Shown piece after piece: positions 1 through 11,872 of a stretch of 28,191 nucleotides of DNA (position 1 is the first letter of the stretch; each line of letters begins with the position of its first letter). The notes beneath the pieces were generated by a model. The model ran no database searches. It was given only the letters and a program-made list of their open reading frames with translations, and was not told the DNA's origin. Position numbers and translations under genes: made by a program. Source of the stretch: Octopus sinensis (lineage: Eukaryota); NCBI RefSeq assembly GCF_006345805.1, contig NW_021834084.1:1-28191 (forward strand), written 5' to 3'.

Positions 1-149
1 TATGTATGTCCCTAGCATAGGTATGTCATGTATGTATTATGTATTATGTATGTACATATGTTGGATTAGTACGTATGTATGTATGTATGTATTTATGTAT
101 GTATGTATGTATGTATGTAGGTATGTACGTAACGTATGCGTATCATAAA

Positions 150-250
150 GTTATTTAGTTTTATTTCAAAATTATTTGCCAATGAAGAAAGCGCCGGTTT
201 CTAACCTCGATCTTCCTTTATAAAATTCAGCAACATCCGTGGGGTAGTTG
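150..250 (-). mobile_element. Diverged 3' UTR fragment of the same RLE retrotransposon family
   Basis: Its reverse complement resembles 6230-6320 (GATCxAGGTTAGAAACCGGC core). Confidence 0.55.
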
Positions 251-390
251 TTCATGTATGTCTGTGTATGCTTCGTAAACTTTTATTTCAAACCCAAAGG
301 TTTGAAAAACAGCTGACTTGTTAGCTATGAGATTTGAACACGGGAACAAAATAGCAACACGTCGTTTTGAACAGTTACCTTATTGTTTCT

Positions 391-729
391 TAGGGAGGAA
401 CAGCCTGCTCGTGAAATTAACGTGTAAGTGGCAGAGTATTCCGCAGACACGTGTACCCTTAACATAGTTCTCGGAGATATTCAGCGTGACACAGAGAGTG
501 ACAAGGCCGGCCATTTGAAATACAGGTACAACAGAAACAGGAAGTAAGAGTGAGAGAAAGTTGTGGTGAAAGAGTACAGCAGGGATCACCACCATCCCCT
601 GCCGGAGCCTCGAGGAGCTTTAGGTGTTTTCGCTCAATAAACTCTCACAACGCCCGGTCTGGGAATCGAAACCGCGATTCTATGACCGCGAGTCCGCTGC
701 CCTAACCACTGGGCCATTGCGTCTCCACA
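391..729 (-). mobile_element. tRNA-derived SINE family A (probably octopus OR-type), 3'-truncated
   Basis: Pol III A box TGGCCCAGTGG and B box GTTTCGATTCC. TSD TTATTGTTTCT (380-390 and 730-740). Confidence 0.85.
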
Positions 730-768
730 TTATTGTTTCTACCACATCCAATTAACAAATGCTAATGA

Positions 769-816
<48 letters not shown>

Positions 817-942
817 ACTCAGTCTCTCTCTTTCTGTCTCTCTCTCTCTCTTTCTCACTCAGTCTCTCTCTTTCTGTCTCTCTCTCTCTCACTTTTACAC
901 ACAGACACATACCTATACACACAGCCGCTCTCTGTAATAATG

Positions 943-1201
943 TTTCAAATTTTTACCTTGGACAAGTAATTTTGAGGAGAGGAAGTAAGTAGATTACATC
1001 AACCTCAATACTTAGCTGGTACTACAGCAAAATGACGAAAAGTAATATCAACCACGGCGGTGTTTGAACTCAGAACGTAAAGACAGGCGAAATGCCGCTA
1101 AACATTTTGCCTCGCCTGCTAACGATTCTGCCAGCTCGCCGCCTTGTTATATAATAATAATAATAATTATTATTATTATTATTATTATTATTATCATTAT
1201 T

Positions 1202-1232
<31 letters not shown>

Positions 1233-1447
1233 TCCTTTCTACTATAGGCAAAATGCCTGAGATTTGAGGGAAGAGTATAGTCGATTACATCGACTCCAGT
1301 ACTTCACTAGTACTTAATTTATCGACCCCGAAAGGATAAAGGGCGAAGTTGACTTCGGCAGAATTTGAAATCAGAACGTAACGGCAGACGAAATACTGCT
1401 AAGCATGTCGCCCGGCGTGCTAATGATTCTGCCTGCTCGCCGCCTTA
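943..1447 (-). mobile_element. Two older family C-related SINEs (943-1146, 1233-1447) with alternative tails, embedded in (AAT)n
   Basis: Same head and body as family C. The second copy has tail GCCTATAGTAGAAAGG(ATT)n. Related copies lie at 9560-9750, 23228-24022, 24047-24185 and 27978-28191. Confidence 0.75.
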
Positions 1448-1452
1448 ATAAT

Positions 1453-1497
<45 letters not shown>

Positions 1498-1736
1498 TAT
1501 ATAATAACAATAATAATATAATAATATAATAATAACAATAATAATATAATAATAATAATAATAATAACAACATAATAATAATAATAATAATATAATAATA
1601 AAATAACAACAACAACAATAATAATAATAATAATAATAAAATAATCTAATAATAATAACAATAATAATATAATAATAATAATATATAATAATAATAATAA
1701 TAATAATAACAATATAATAATAATAATAGTAATAAT
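1447..1736. repeat. (AAT)n microsatellite
   Basis: Direct reading. A further tract lies at 1150-1232. Confidence 0.95.
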
Positions 1737-1983
1737 CCGAGGATTATTGTTGAACTTATCGATTAGAATAAAATAAAGAAACAATAAAAATTTGCTATTG
1801 TTCATAGCGCAAGAAATTTAAATCAATTAAGGAACCCGGAATAATGGAGAATTAATGTTTTTCTACCGGTTCTTGGAGTCTCCAAGGACTAACTACCTTT
1901 ATCTACTGCTTCAAAATTACCCCCACACCTTCTTTACAATCATACCTTAATTCAATCATTTATATGTGCTTTTCTATGAAAAG

Positions 1984-2034
<51 letters not shown>

Positions 2035-2505
2035 AATACATATACAAACAGACACACATACACACCTAAATGCAAGCATATATATACATATATATATATA
2101 TAACTAGATGCATACGCACAAACATGCGCGCGCGCCCGTGTGTGTGTGTCTGTATGTTTGCATGTGTAAGGGAGGAGAAACGAAGATCTATTCACAGTGA
2201 GAGATTGTAGAATTCAAATTTAAAACGATTTGCAGTCTCTGAGATCGAATATCGATTAATTAACTACAATACATATAGAATAGTTGTCTTATAACCCTGA
2301 TTATACCAACTTTACAATACACATACAATACATATTGCCTTGAGTGTATATATGTATTAATATGTCTCTGTGTGTGTGTATGTGTGGTATGTATATATAT
2401 AATATATATATCTATATATATATTATTTTATATATATATATATGTCCATATATATATATTATATATATATATATAATATATATATGTGTATGTATATATA
2501 TGTAC

Positions 2506-2536
<31 letters not shown>

Positions 2537-3334
2537 TATAAAATATATATATATATATATACATATATATAATATATATATATATATATATTATATATAT
2601 AATATATATATATATATAATAACACATCCACACACCGAAATACATACATACATACGTACGTATCCCCTTATGCATTATTAAATAAATAACGTAATATCAT
2701 GTTTTTCGACTGAAAGTGCCATAATCGATATTTATTCCTACAAAGTTTTTGTCGTTGCCATCATTTCACTCGTTCTTGTTGTTGCTATTGTTGTCTATAG
2801 CTTCGTCACCGTTGATATGATATTTTTGTTTTTATGCATTTCCGAATTTCTTTATATCTGTTTAAGCCGTGGAAGCTTTTTCTTCTTCAAAAGATCTTTT
2901 ACAAATGAATTTGGTGAAAATCTCTGTTGTAGTAATCCCACACTGATCCAGCTTTGTTTCACGATAAAGCAGGGTGTCTTGTCTCAAGCTATTTCTTTCT
3001 TTATTATTCATGTCTTCTGTAATGGTTATCAGATCAGATCTAGGAGGAATAACGGGCTAAACTAAGTCTCTTTCTAAAATGATGTATCGTGTAAATGGTA
3101 ACAGCGAGAAAAGATCAAATATACACCTACACACATACATTCATACATATACACATACATACATATATACAAACGTCTATATGTGTGTGTGAGCGTGCAT
3201 ATACGTATTATACACACACATACAACTTTATTTGCGTGCATATATATGCATATAAATATTTATTTATTAATATATTGTAGTATGAAGTATATACATACAC
3301 ACACATATATATATACACACACACATATATGGAG

Positions 3335-3374
<40 letters not shown>

Positions 3375-4025
3375 ATGTATGTGAGTGCATTTTGATATAT
3401 ATGTACATATATATCTGTGTGTGTATGTATGTACCAGTATATATGTGTTGTGTGTATGCGCATACATACATACATACATACATACATACATACATGCATA
3501 CATACATACATACATACATACATACATACATACATACATACATACATACATGTATACATGCATACATACATGCATGCATGCATGTATTTATCAACTAGAA
3601 ACTTAAGGCAGAAAAAGTAAAAAAGATGTTATTTAATAGGAAGAAAAAACATGTTTGACACAAGTTCGATTCTCGGAAAGGTTACAGAGGCAGTATATAT
3701 ACATTATTGATTACATTTTGTCGGTGATTTTCGTTGGGGGTTAATTGGCCAGGGTGCTGTAAAGAAATGGTGGACGGGTTGCAGAGTGAAAATACTTGTT
3801 CGTTTATTTTTCTTCTTCATTTTCTCCCTTTGAATTCCAGGTGGTAAAACAACAAATAGATGAGTTCGATATAGTTTGATACACAGGGTGGGATATATCG
3901 AGTGTTGTTACTAATCGATTAAGAATAATCAATCAATCATATTGCAGAAATTTCAAAAACAACGGCAGATTATAATAAGACAATTTGATGATCATGACGA
4001 TGATGATAAGGGGGGGAGGACGATG

Positions 4026-4073
<48 letters not shown>

Positions 4074-4327
4074 CCATATATAGATATCATTATACACACA
4101 CACACATAAAAATGTCTATATGTCATTAATCTTCATTTTTTTTCTTCTTTTATTATTATCATTATTATATACATGTATGTACATATATATATGCATGCTC
4201 ATAGGTTATATATACATACATATATAAACATAAATATACATACATATATAAACATAAATATTTTATATAAGCATATATATATGTAATATATATACATAAA
4301 TATATATATATAGACTATATATAGACA

Positions 4328-4400
<73 letters not shown>

Positions 4401-4680
4401 ATATATACATGTATGCACATATACATATCTGTGTGTGTGTGTGTTGCATATATACATATGCATATTTACGATACATATATATAAATATATACGTGTGTGT
4501 GTATGTGTATGTATGTATATATATACACACAGGAACTATAATAAAAATTTGTGTTTATCATTATTTGTCATATATCCATAAACATATATATGTATATATA
4601 TATTTAGTTTTCTATTATATATAAATCTCTGTGTGTGTGCGCGCACACGCGTGCACCCGCACGTGTGTGTGTGTGTGTTT
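1984..4680. repeat. Cluster of (TA)n, (TG)n, (CATA)n and (GA)n microsatellites with short unique spacers
   Basis: Examples are (TA)n at 2345-2620, (CATA)n at 3461-3585 and (TA)n(GA)n at 4330-4395. Confidence 0.9.
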
Positions 4681-4992
4681 GTAAAAACAATAATTTGATT
4701 ATTGAAACACTTCTGGGGTTCAATCAAACATTGATGACTTCTCTGTTTGGTTTTCCAGCAAGATCACTTCGGCATATATTGATATTTTCTTTATTTTGAC
4801 GCATACCACCTCGATGTAGATTGCTGAACACCCTGCATACACAGTCCCACAACCATCCCCAATACCAACCGCCTAAACAAACCTCCGTCCGTCCCGTTCC
4901 TACCCCGTTCTCACCTTCAATCAATCAACAATCGAGCCTCCCACCCGTAGTGGCTTCTACTCGTTGTTGTTACGGTGATCAAAGCGAAACCA

Positions 4993-5024
4993 CCAGCAGC
5001 AGTAGCAGCAGTAGTAGCGGCAGC

Positions 5025-5057
<33 letters not shown>

Positions 5058-5102
5058 TGTTGTTGTTGTTGTAGTAGTAGTAGGAGGAGGAGGAGGAGGA
5101 GG
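4993..5102. repeat. Compound trinucleotide microsatellite (AGC/AGT/GGT/TGT/AGG)
   Basis: Direct reading. Confidence 0.9.
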
Positions 5103-5345
5103 TTAATTCAATCGCCCGAACTAGCTGGAAACTTTTCGACAACGCATTTCATTGTTCATTCATTGAAACTGAAATTTTTTATGGAATTTCTAGCTAATTT
5201 AATGAATGAATAATTAATCAGCATCGTTTAGATACACAGGTAGACGTGTTACTAATTAATGTAGCCACGTAGTTCTGGGTTCAAACTCACAGTGCGCATC
5301 TGGCACGTTTGACATTTTGCTGCGCGACCTGAGCTGCACAAATGC

Positions 5346-6316
5346 TCAATAACATACAAGCACAAAAGCCCTAAAAAATGATTTGAGACAGAAACGAGAA
5401 ACTGTGTACAATTGTGGAAATTAGTTGCCCAGCAGATATTAACATAAATCAAGGCGGTGAGCTGGCAGAAACGTTAGCACGCCGGGCGAAATGCTTAGTG
5501 GTATTTCGTCTGCCGTTACATTGTGAGTTCAAATTCCGCCGAGGTCGACTTTGCCTTTCATCCTTTCGGGGTCGATAAATCAAGTACCAGTTACGCACTG
5601 GGGTCGATGTAATCGACTTAATACCTATGTCTGTCTTTGTTTGTTCCCTCTGTGTTTAGCCCCTTGTGGGTAATAAAGAAATAGGTATTTCGTCTGCCGT
5701 TACATTGTGAGTTCAAATTCCGCCGAGGTCGACTTTGTCTTTCATCCTTTCGGGGTCGATGAATTAAGTACCAGGGGTCGATGTAATCGACTTAATACCT
5801 ATGTCTGTCCTTGTTTGTCCCCTCTATGTTTAGCCCCTTGCGGGTAATAAAGAAATAGATATTAACATAAATCTGAAGATCAATGAAAAAGAGAATACCT
5901 GCGCTGAACTATTGAGAAATCTACAGTTACTTTATTCAGATTACAAGTTCAGGTTTATAGCTGTAATTATTGGGGCCATGGAATATGTAACACATTGCCT
6001 AAATCTAATCTTGACGAATTAGGCTTCTCAAAACCAGAAAGGAGAAAGCTAATTCGAAGACTACAGATTCAATCCATCACTGAAAGTGTAAAAATCTGTA
6101 AAACTTTCCAGACGTTTATCATTTAAATATATATGAGTATGTCTAGATATGCAAGTATATGCAGGAAAATACATACATAAAACATACAAAATGCACATAC
6201 ATACATGCATACATATATACATACAAAAATACCCTGTTGTTGATGTTGAAATTCCAATGAAGAAGACTTGGATCTAGGTTAGAAACCGGCTTTTTTCTAT
6301 AGTAGTAAGAAATCTT
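5346..6316 (+). mobile_element. 3' fragment of an RLE-type non-LTR retrotransposon (R4/Dong- or NeSL-like), interrupted by a SINE dimer
   Basis: Removing the SINE and one TSD restores DRNEKLCTIVEISCPADININLKINEKENTCAELLRNLQLLYSDYKFRFIAVIIGAM..(frameshift)..LGFSKPERRKLIRRLQIQSITESVKICKTFQTFII*, a PD-(D/E)xK restriction-like endonuclease C-terminus. A 3' UTR follows. Confidence 0.8.
5451..5856 (+). mobile_element. SINE family C dimer
   Basis: Head AAGGCGGTGAGCTGGCAGAA and B box GAGTTCAAATTCC. The second unit restarts at GGTATTTCG. TSD is 17 bp, AGATATTAACATAAATC (5434-50 and 5857-73). Confidence 0.9.
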
Positions 6317-6396
6317 AATAAAAAGGCGTAGTGGTGGAATGTCCCGGTGAACACCTCAATAAAATGTAAACACAACAGACCTGATGTGATGATTTG
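6317..6396 (+). mobile_element. Second short RLE fragment (WWNVPVNTSIKCKHNRPDVMI)
   Basis: Translation gives the HNRPD catalytic motif. The fragment is homologous to the decayed segment at 5346-5390. Confidence 0.7.
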
Positions 6397-6541
6397 CAGT
6401 GCTCCAGTATGGCTGCAATCAAAAGACTGAACCAAGTAATAAAATATTAGAATATATATTTGCGTATGTGTGCGTGTGTTTGTGTAGTGGGCACAGACAG
6501 TGAAACTCACACACATACACGACGAGCTTTTTCCAGTTTCT

Positions 6542-6773
6542 TATTTCTTTATTGTCCACAAGGGCCTAAACATAGAGGGGGAAAACAAGGACAGATAAAG
6601 GGATTAAGTCGATTACATCGACCCCAGTGCGTAACTGGTTCTTAATTTATCGACCCCGAAAGGATGAAAGGCAAAGTCGACCTCGGCGGAATTTGAACTC
6701 AGAACGTAGCGGCAGACGAAATACCACTAAGCATTTCGCCCGGCGTGCTAACGTTTCTGCCACCTCACCGCCT
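6542..6773 (-). mobile_element. SINE family C monomer nested in a family B fragment (6520-6865)
   Basis: Full head and tail. The flanks rejoin as family B sequence. Confidence 0.8.
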
Positions 6774-7754
6774 GACTACCAAATTCACGCACAAGGCTTT
6801 TGGTCGGCTTGGGGCCACAAGAGAAGATACTTGCCCGAGGTGCCACGCAATGGGACTGAACTCAAACAGTGACGGCTTGAAAGACCCGGTTTAGGCGAAA
6901 CTTTAAAGTCGCTGTCAAATTTTTAAAATAAACGAGTGTGTATGTGTGTGTGACAACATCACTTAACGATTTTACTTTAGGGTCTCATCTGTACTCCTAC
7001 TGCCTAGTATTTGTGACATCCGGATTTTTTAATGCTTTAGTTTTTATTTGTATTTTTTGTTAAATATATATATATTATCTGTTTTTGGCCCCCCAGCTTC
7101 AGATCTTTGACTTTCTCTGCGATGCGACACTCACGAGGAAAAGGGCAAAGAAAAAGAAAAACAAGAACAAAAGAAAGAAAACCTATTGTACCATGCATAC
7201 GGTCAACCGGATGTGACGTAAAACTTTTGGTTTTCGGAGTGAAGGGTGATTCTTTCAGAGCGGAAACCCGCTGTTTGCACAATCTTGTTTGCTTTAATAA
7301 ACAAGTTTGTTTATGTCGATTTGGTTGTCGTTTCTGCTACAGCTGCCTTACTAAAATATGTATACTGATGGTTTGGGGGTATTACGATAAAGAATAACGG
7401 TTCTTATATTATTAGAAGTCTGTAGAGGAGTGATGGGCGGGGGAGTTGTACAGATACGTGTCGGTAGATACGTGTAGGTATGGAGTGTGAAGTTGAGGTG
7501 GGAGTGTACAGGTCAAAATTTGCGTATGTGCCCGTATGTATGTGTGCGTGTCTTGGCATCAGTGCGTGTCTGTATGTGTACTTATGTGCATCAGTATGTA
7601 TGTATGTATTTAATCATTTGAATTCTTCCTCTGAGGAAGGAGCTCGTTTCTAACAAAGATACAAACCTCCATCTTTAGAATTTAGATAACGAAAACAATG
7701 TCACATTTTAAACCTGAGAAAAGCCTTGCATAGTTTTACTGTTCCGTTTACAGA

Positions 7755-8082
7755 TATTTTCGGGGTCGATAAATTAACTACCAGTTACGCACTGGGGTCG
7801 ATGTAATTGACCTAATACCTATGTTTGTCCCCTCTATGTTTGGCTCCTTGTGGGTAATAAAGAAATAGGTATTTCGTCTGCCGCTACGGTCTGAGTTCAA
7901 ACTCTGCCGAGGTCGACTTTGCCTTTCATCCTTTCGGGGTCGATTAAATAAGTACCAGTTACGCACTGGGGTCGATATAATCGACTAAGTGCGTTTGTCT
8001 GTCCTTGTTTGTCCTCTTTGTGTTTAGTCCCTTGTGGGTAGTAAAGAAATAGATATTTCGTCCGCCGTTACGTTCTGAGTTT
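7755..8082 (+). mobile_element. SINE family C partial multimer
   Basis: Tail-to-body junctions at about 7865 and 8050. Confidence 0.8.
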
Positions 8083-8200
8083 AGTCGGCCCGAGGACGCT
8101 GTCAGACGGAAACCGGAATCATATTGGAGAACAAGCTTCTTACCACACAGCCACACCTGTGGTTAAACATACATACATTATATATACAGTATATATATAT

Positions 8201-8558
8201 AATCATCGTTCGACCGTGGTCGAGACAATGGAATTTACCATGCTACGCCAGACTTCACGGTCCATCATGGCATTACGGAGGTCCTGTTGCTGGATGCCTG
8301 TATCCCTGGAGATTACATCAGGGTAGGAGAGTGTGCGCCCTCTGGTATTGCGAGTAGATGGCTTCCAGAGGAGAAGAGTAGAAATTACTTCTTTTTCAGC
8401 TCTACAACAATGTCCAGCAAACTGGACTCTCCTACCTTTCACAAGAGATGACACAGGTGGTAGTTTCCCATATATTTGCATTTGGGTTGGATGGCGCTTC
8501 CACGAGAGATTTTGAGCTCTCATAAGGAGGCGAGTGTAGGTTCCATCCAACCGCCTCT

Positions 8559-8561
<3 letters not shown>
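8201..8561 (-). mobile_element. 5'-truncated RTE-clade LINE (ORF C-terminus) within a (TA)n tract
   Basis: Open frame ERRLDGTYTRLL...RRVQFAGHCCR...LLLWKP...RGRTLSYPD...MMDREVWR*, a typical RTE C-terminal domain, with TA repeats on both sides. Confidence 0.88.
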
Positions 8562-8589
<28 letters not shown>

Positions 8590-9637
8590 ACCAAAGGCGA
8601 GAGCTTGATTAACAAAACTGACTTCAATGGCCATTCAAGTTAGAAATTATGGGTGAGTGGAAGCGCATGCACGACGCATTCTAGCCGATGTACCAATGAC
8701 TGCCAATTCGCCACCTAAAAATGAAATTTAAAAAAAAAAAAAAAAAAAAAGACATTGGAGAGATAAGGAAATTTAACTACTGCTTATAGTATGTTGGAGA
8801 GGTCATGTAGATGTTCTAGTTGTTTCAAAAGCTGTCGAGATGATGTCTCAGATCGAATACAATAACCTCTCGTTCTCCATACTTTTAGAAAACATTCTCA
8901 TATACAATCTGTGAAAAGCCAACGTTGCCAAAAGAATTAACGATTCATTACTCCAGAATAAGAAATTTATTTCGTGTTTTTTTTTGTTGGAGGGGTCGGT
9001 TGAAAATAGCTTTATTTAAAAACTGATCTGAATATAAAGTTTTTGTGTACATTTTTCAGTAAAGTATATCAGAAAAAAAGAATATAAATGAAACTTCTTA
9101 TTTTTTTTTAAATATTTTTTTAAGATGACTTGAGAAACTTTGAGGTAATGTTGCATTTGGATTTTTTTTTTTTTTTTTTTTTTTTAGTAAAAGAAAAAAT
9201 CCCAAAAATGCCACTTCCTTAGATGAGAATATTTCTCTCAAAAAATTGTGGCGCTTTCAATCAAATGCAGTATTAATACGAATACTAATGCGGAAAATAG
9301 AATTTGGCCTGTAAACAAGGTATATTAGTTTTAAATTTGCTAAACATTTCATAACTTTGTGATATGGAATCTAGGTTGGTCTGTCTGTGTCACAGCAAAA
9401 ACCATCTTGCGATGGTTGTTGTAAACCTGAGATGTCCCAACAGGTTTTGCAGTCTTCCAGAATTTTGCTTTTAGTATCAAAAACAATGCCAGATATCAAA
9501 CCGTTCCAACATGTTCTTTGAATATTAAAAAAGAAATAATAATAAAAGTTAATAATAATCCTTTATATTATAGGCACAAGGTTTGAAATATCTGGGAAGG
9601 AGACTAGTCGATTACATCGACATCCCCCAGCGCTCGG

Positions 9638-10086
9638 ATGTACTTATTTTATCCACCCCGAAAGGCGGGATTTGAAGTCAGACCGTGAAGGGTCGGATGA
9701 AACGCCATCAAGCATTTTATCTGACGTGATAGCGTTTCTGCCGGTTCTCCCGATTTGATAATAATGCTATAGACTTCAAGTATTTTATGTTCTTTATATG
9801 TAATGTTACCTAAAAATAAATTTAAACCTAATTTAGATAAAGTTTTGCTGAATGTAAAAAAATGTACTTATTTTATCCACCCCGAAAGGCGGGATTTGAA
9901 GTCAGACCGTGAAGGGTCGGATGAAACGCCATCAAGCATTTTATCTGACGTGATAACGCTTCTGTCGGTTCGCCCGCTTTGATAATAATGCTATAGACTT
10001 CAAGTATTTTATGTTCTTTATATGTAATGTTACCTAAAAATAAATTTAAACCTAATTTAGATAAAGTTTTGTTGAATGTAAAAAAA
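9638..10086. repeat. 224-bp direct tandem duplication
   Basis: TACTTATTTTATCCACCCCGAAAGG occurs at 9641 and 9865, and the two copies differ by few substitutions. Confidence 0.92.
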
Positions 10087-10134
10087 AGTAACATGAAAAT
10101 ATTTCAGGGATACAATAGAAACTGGAATAGAGGT

Positions 10135-10140
10135 TTTATT
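10135..10140 (-). terminator. Probable polyadenylation signal AATAAA of the GM2A-like gene
   Basis: AATAAA on the minus strand about 60 nt after the stop codon. Confidence 0.55.
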
Positions 10141-10201
10141 TAAGGGATGGGGGAAGTCCACACTACGATGATTCGATACTAAGTGTTTACAGGTTTCTCC
10201 G

Positions 10202-10288
10202 TTAGGCGATGCCGAATTCTACATGAAGGCAAAACGTCTGTTCTTTCGTATGTCTGTCAACCATGTTCACGTCGACTTTGTAGGAACC
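10202..10288 (-). CDS. GM2-activator-like gene, last coding exon
   Basis: Acceptor TTTTATTTTACCTAG|GGT is in phase 0. Encodes GSYKVDVNMVDRHTKEQTFCLHVEFGIA*, which has the G-x-Y strand and terminal Cys strand of ML domains. The spliced product is 188 aa. Confidence 0.9.
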   Translation of the reverse strand, partial: GSYKVDVNMVDRHTKEQTFCLHVEFGIA

Positions 10289-10332
10289 CTAGGTAAAATA
10301 AAAATTTTTAGAAAATTAAATTAAAATAATTG

Positions 10333-10565
10333 TGTGCGCAATGGCCCAGTGGTTAGGGCAGCGGACTTGCGGTCGGAGGATCTCGGTTTCGATTCCCAGA
10401 CCGGGCGTTGTGTGTGTTTATTGAGCGAAAACACCTAAAAGCTCCACGAGGCTCCGGCAGGGGATGGTGGTGATCCCTGCTGTACTCTTTCACCACTCTA
10501 AAGGCGGTGCTCCAGCATGGCCGCAGTCAAATGACTGAAACAAGTACAAAAAAAAAAAAAAAAAA
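10333..10565 (+). mobile_element. Chimeric SINE: family A head, family B tail and poly(A)
   Basis: Matches family A up to about 10497, then AAGGCGGTGCTCCAGCATGGCCGCAGTCAAATGACTGAAACAAGTA and an A-run. Confidence 0.8.
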
Positions 10566-10567
10566 TA

Positions 10568-10785
10568 CAAGGGGTTGCTGAAAAATTCTTGGCTTTGGGT
10601 AAAAGGATACAGAGGAGGATTAGTTAATTAGGATTTTATTCAGTATATTTCCCTCTCAGATTCACACACTTATTGCAATAGTCCTTCAGTTTTTTCTAAA
10701 CCCTGTAAAAGAAGACGGAAGGTTGGGCCTCCAACCAAGCCTTTTGCGATACCCTTTAAGCCAGGGACTTCTCAGCACACCATCG
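10568..10785. mobile_element. Mariner-derived MITE (~218 bp)
   Basis: Imperfect TIRs TA|CAAGGGGTTGCTGAAAAATTCTTGGCTT and, on the reverse strand, TA|CGATGGTGTGCTGAGAAGTCCCTGGCTT, with a TA TSD. Confidence 0.75.
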
Positions 10786-11302
10786 TAATTGTCTACATGC
10801 ATTTGAACATTACTTATAGAAGGTGGTACCGGTACTGGCTTCGGGGGGCGTGCTTCCGAGTTCAAATCACGACATAACTTACTGAGCATATCTACTGTGT
10901 CCTCGAGTCTTCCGAGTGCTTTTCAAGTGGAATTTGGCAACCAAAACTTAGCGGAGGGCACTCTTGTTCTCTTATGAAGAATTTACTGTGCAATTTACAA
11001 TTTCTCATAATTATCTCTCCTTTACTTTGACAGTCACCAGCAATTTCCACTAGATTGCTTTCTTTCTCCAACTAAGAGGTAAATTTTAATACTTCTATAA
11101 ATTTTTGTGCGCAATATTCGATGCATCGTCAAGTACAAGATTTATCGGAAGCCATGTCATTGGCTTATTTGAGTTATTTCCCCCTTTACACGCATCCACG
11201 CGCACAGATACATCGCATGAACACGCGTGCGTACGCATAAACATCCATATACGTGCTTGTGCGCACGCACACACATCTGCACTGACACACCCACACTCTT
11301 TA

Positions 11303-11709
11303 CTCTTTTGCTCTTTTACTTGTTTCAGTCATTTGACTGCGGCCATGCTGGAGCACCGCCTTTAGTCGAGCAAATCGACCCCGGGATTTATTCTTTGTAA
11401 GCCCAGTACTTATTCTATCGGTCTCTTTTGCCGAACCGCTAAGTGACGGGGACGTAAACACACCAGCATCGGTTGTCAAGCAATGCTAGGGGGACAAACA
11501 CAGACACACAAACATATACACACACACTTATATATATATATACATATATATGACAGGCTTCTTTCAGTTTCCGTCTACCAAATCTGCTCACAAGGCATTG
11601 GTCGGCCCGGGGCTATAGCAGAAGACACTTGCCCAAATTGCCACGCAGTGGGACTGAACCCGGAACCATGTGGTTGGTTAGCCAGCTACTTACCACACAG
11701 CCACTCCTG
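11303..11709 (-). mobile_element. SINE family B (tRNA head, CCTTGGGCAAG CORE-like segment, internal TA/TG microsatellite)
   Basis: Head AGGAGTGGCTGTGTGGTAAG...GGTTCAGTCCC and tail CAGCATGGCCGCAGTCAAATGACTGAAACAAGTAAAAGAG. Confidence 0.88.
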
Positions 11710-11872
11710 AGCCTTTCACTTTTTTTTCTTTCTACCTCACATACGCACAAACACACCTGTGCGTACGTGTTTAACCATGTAAATAGGCGTTTTGTATTGC
11801 ACACCTTTATATCAAGGAATCTGAATCAACGACTCAAAATTAAAATAAAGCTACCAAGTGCACAAGAATATC

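Noticed and set aside
380-595. Recurrent ORFs MVVIPAVLFHH..., MRNWYLFNRPRKDERQ... and MLGGQTQTHK...
   Set aside because: These are chance frames within multicopy SINEs, with variable frameshifts between copies.
3805-3890. Plus-strand acceptor-like site (pyrimidine tract + CCAG|GT at 3840)
   Set aside because: All three frames stop within about 40 nt and there is no convincing donor. A UTR exon cannot be excluded.
4821-5213. 130-aa ORF with poly-Ser/Cys/Arg
   Set aside because: It has a non-ATG start, is largely a compound trinucleotide microsatellite, and shows no clear splice signals or recognisable domain.
5874-5895. CTGAAGA...GAAA hammerhead-like words
   Set aside because: No helices I or III form, and the sequence is retrotransposon coding DNA.
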